Shown: piece after piece, positions 51,556 through 54,571 of the stretch | Numbering within the stretch: position 1 is the first letter of the stretch | Layout of the letters: each line of letters starts with the position of its first letter | Origin: Octopus bimaculoides | Taxonomy: Eukaryota | DNA: 54,571 bases | Assembly: GCF_001194135.2 (NCBI RefSeq) | Contig: NC_068987.1 | Location: 104,687,233-104,741,803, forward strand | Reading direction: 5' to 3' | Translations under genes and position numbers: made by a program | The notes under the pieces: generated by a model | Seen by the model: only the letters and a program-made list of their open reading frames with translations | Told to the model about the DNA's origin: nothing | The model's database searches: none

Positions 51556-52662
51556 AACATGTGTAAGTATGTACGTGTGTGTGTATGTGTGTGTATGTGT
51601 GTGTGTGTGTCTGTGTCTGTGTGTGTTTCTTTTTTAACTACTTCAGCTAATTGGTCGAATGTCTCCTTTCTGTTACTATATTTTCACTGAAATGTACTAC
51701 TTTTGTTTCTATTGATTTTGAAAATTATGAAGAATTTAAGTTAAATAACTGTCACGATTAAATTGAAGTTTAGAACATAAACTAACACGGAACCTCGATG
51801 CAAGATTATAATTTAGATGACTCCAGAAGAAGAAGATTTTATCATTGAGCCAGTGGGCGCTCTCGGGCAATTTGGTATTAAATGGGTTGGGTCTGCTAAC
51901 AGCTGTTCATTTAACAAAGCTCGTGCATTATAAAGCAAAGTTAATAAGAGATTTCACAACTAGGTTACAATAACGAAAACAGTCCTGCCCACATCTTGTT
52001 GATTTATAAGGTTGTTTACCAACTGAGAAATTAAGCGTAGTAGATGCAATGGAGCGTGATCTCAATTCACTTCTGTTACTTAATTTGTTTTCTGCATATC
52101 TTACTGTGTATGTGTACTGTTTCTTCCTTTTATATTCAAAATATACAGTTATATTTTTTAACAATCTATGTTCATTAATAAATCAATATATTGTTACTAT
52201 TGCCATAAAAAATTCCTTATATATATAAAAGTTATTTCAGCGAAGGCCCATAGTTTCGACATTATTAGTTATAAATATTTCGGAGGTGTACTCGGCAGTC
52301 AAGTGATTTGATCTACGACTGTGTGTTGAAACTGAGGCAATAGCTGCGTGGAAGATACATATTAGCCATTCAAAAACATACGACGACCGTTAGCTTCACT
52401 TAAGCATTTATAATTTTGTGTCAACATTTTCATCGTAGTAACCGCAACCTGGTCTCTGACATAATTCAACTGTACCCCAATAAATATTCTACTACGTATC
52501 TTTAATAGTTATAAGTATTTATTTATTTATCTATGTTCTTCCAAATATATTTCTCAAATGTCTCACAAATGGAGAAAGAGTAGGTTTCTAATCCACATAA
52601 ACCTTTCGTTGAAATTTAGACATGAACCGGTTGTAGTTTATTGTATGTATGTATATATGTCT

Positions 52663-53995
52663 GTATGTATGTCCTCAATTTTTAATTATTTGAGGTCATC
52701 CTCGAAGGAAGGAGCTTGTTTCTAAAAGGTGCAAAACTCCATCATTCGAATGTAGATAAAACCAATGTCACATGAGGAAAGTCTTACATATTTTTATTGA
52801 ACTGCTACAGAATGTATTTGTAATGGACATTTTAGCTGGTTGATTTCTTTCTATGAAAACCCTAGCCTATTACAGCTTGGCACTTAGGCATTTACTAATA
52901 AAATCAAGTGCACCAATTATTATTGATATAAATGTAAATTTATAATCTGGATAGAGAAGCTGGAGGTTTCGAAGCAGTTATCTGTTGTTATCCTCTTTCT
53001 CTTTGATTTTAGAAAAGACATTCATATCAACAGAGCATCTGACCTCTATAACATAACATACTTTTTCTTGTGTAACCCATACAACAAAATCCCGCCTGCT
53101 GTATTTGGACTCAGTAGAAGATTTGATGGGAATGTTCCGATATTATTCCTTGTGCCCATGTTTATGTACGTATTCAATAACAAGGATACCTTGTATATTT
53201 ATCCAAGGGTGGTTATTACGGATGGTATTGTATACTACTTTAGCGACAGTCGTGTCACATCCGAAGGTAGTACCTTGATGTCATATTTTAGGGAATGCTG
53301 CTGAAATGTAACAGCGATGTAACTGTCGAAATTTCCGGTTTCCTCTTGGGTCTCCAAGGGTTTCACTGTCTCTTTTGTTGATTAGCTATTTAGTAGCGAT
53401 CTCCTTTTCTTGGATTGCAAAGGCATAGCCTTCGAAGTGTGACGTAGCGATCGCGAACGCAAGAAAGGTCGTGTTTCAAGTCGATACTACTGACGTATTT
53501 GAGTCTTCGGGAAGAGAAGCATTTCGAATCCAAGTCTTCTCTGAGATAGGTTAGTCCAAGCGTTCTGGAGATCGACAGGAAACGAATAGTTTCTGAAGAT
53601 CTTACTGACAATTCATAAGATGTTGTTCTCTTCACTTTTCAACACTAGGTTTATAGATTTATTTTTACTGCTGTTGTTTAGCTTGTGCTACCTAAGAAAT
53701 ACTATACGACTTCAAAGACTGTCTACAATGATCTCAAAATTCTACCTCCTTCGTCCCTTCTGGGGTACAGCCAGTCAATACCACTGTTTCTGAAGAGGGT
53801 TTCTAGTTGATGTCAGAATCTTAAGGTTTTAATGTCGAGGGCATAAATTCTCTCGATGGACCATTCAGGTATCCTAAATTCTAGTGCCAGCACTGGTACT
53901 ACGAATACTTTGCGAGATATTGTTTTGTTGTAAGAGGATAGCTCCAACAGCCTTCTTTAGTCAGCCTTAGTCTGATGTAATATTGTTGAGCTACG
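52663..53995 (-). mobile_element. R4/Dong-like LINE 3' third (thumb, CCHC, PD-(D/E)xK restriction-like endonuclease, 3' UTR), decayed
   Basis: VFVVPVLA...WLYPRRDEGGR...RYYLRM*HDCVAKVVYNTIR...YSRRDFVVW..KVCYVIEVRCSVDMN..KEKEDN..LLRNLQLLYPDYKF..IIIGAL; ends gacatacatac; (TGTA)n flanks on both sides. Confidence 0.9.
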
Positions 53996-54571
53996 CTTGT
54001 ATGTATGTATCTCTTTGCAAGTATGGATGTATGTATGTATGTATGTATGTATGTATAAATGTAGGTATAAAGATATCTGTATCTGTTTAGGTATAGATAT
54101 ACACGTGTATGCACACACATATACAAGTGTGCAAGCACAAGTGTGAGGATCTGCGGCATTTTGATGTATGCATGTGAACACATACATAAGTTTGAATCTC
54201 TACGCGAACGTTTTTGCACTTATTACATACGAAGATTCGAGAAAGTTTAACATATTTTCAGAGAGGTTTTAATGTTTTATAGTTTAATGCCTTTCAAGAT
54301 TCATAATTCCCTGGATCTCAAAATTGATGCTGGAACAATTAGATAACATAGACATGGGCTGCAATAATTAAAATAATTATATTAATATATATGATATTTA
54401 TAACATTTATATATGTATATATACATATACTTATATATAAGGCGATATACTATATATAAACATATATACAGTATGCAATATATATGATATACATATATAT
54501 ATATAATATATATAAAATATATATATATTATATATGATATATATATATATATATAAATATATATATATATA

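Noticed and set aside
51817-51932. 38-aa ORF MTPEEEDFIIEPVGALGQFGIKWVG after an AG
   Set aside because: Too short, poor pyrimidine tract and no homology that I can recognise.
5880-53995. Apparent minus-strand bias of LINE, PLE and Tigger coding fragments suggesting a plus-strand host intron
   Set aside because: Two Dong 3' ends and both mariners are on the plus strand and numbers are too small.

Overview
AT-rich, gap-riddled (N-runs) eukaryotic scaffold that is almost entirely microsatellites and decayed transposable elements. The repeat families and (TA)n/(CA)n/(TACA)n/(TAGA)n load point to an octopod cephalopod (Octopus-like); this is an inference from recognised repeat sequences. No host protein-coding gene can be called with confidence, and nearly all listed ORFs are microsatellite or N-gap artefacts. 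Supported content: many tRNA-headed SINEs from at least four modular families, several with clear 17-19 bp TSDs; five fragments of an R4/Dong-like RLE LINE, three of which end in (TACA)n; an RTE LINE fragment; a Penelope RT/GIY-YIG fragment; a mariner D,D,D transposase; a second Tc1/mariner (maT-like) fragment; a pogo/Tigger transposase pseudogene; a complete Helentron-type non-autonomous element; and a MITE. The most notable feature is a 242-bp element flanked by an 11-bp TSD, whose core is a 75-bp-arm palindrome carrying a minimal hammerhead-ribozyme motif on each strand; it is inserted into the Tigger ORF. Two further unrelated minimal hammerhead-like motifs lie at 7.3 kb and 8.7 kb. Weaker candidates are an exon-like block with a single in-frame TGA and an E2F/CRE/CHR motif cluster.
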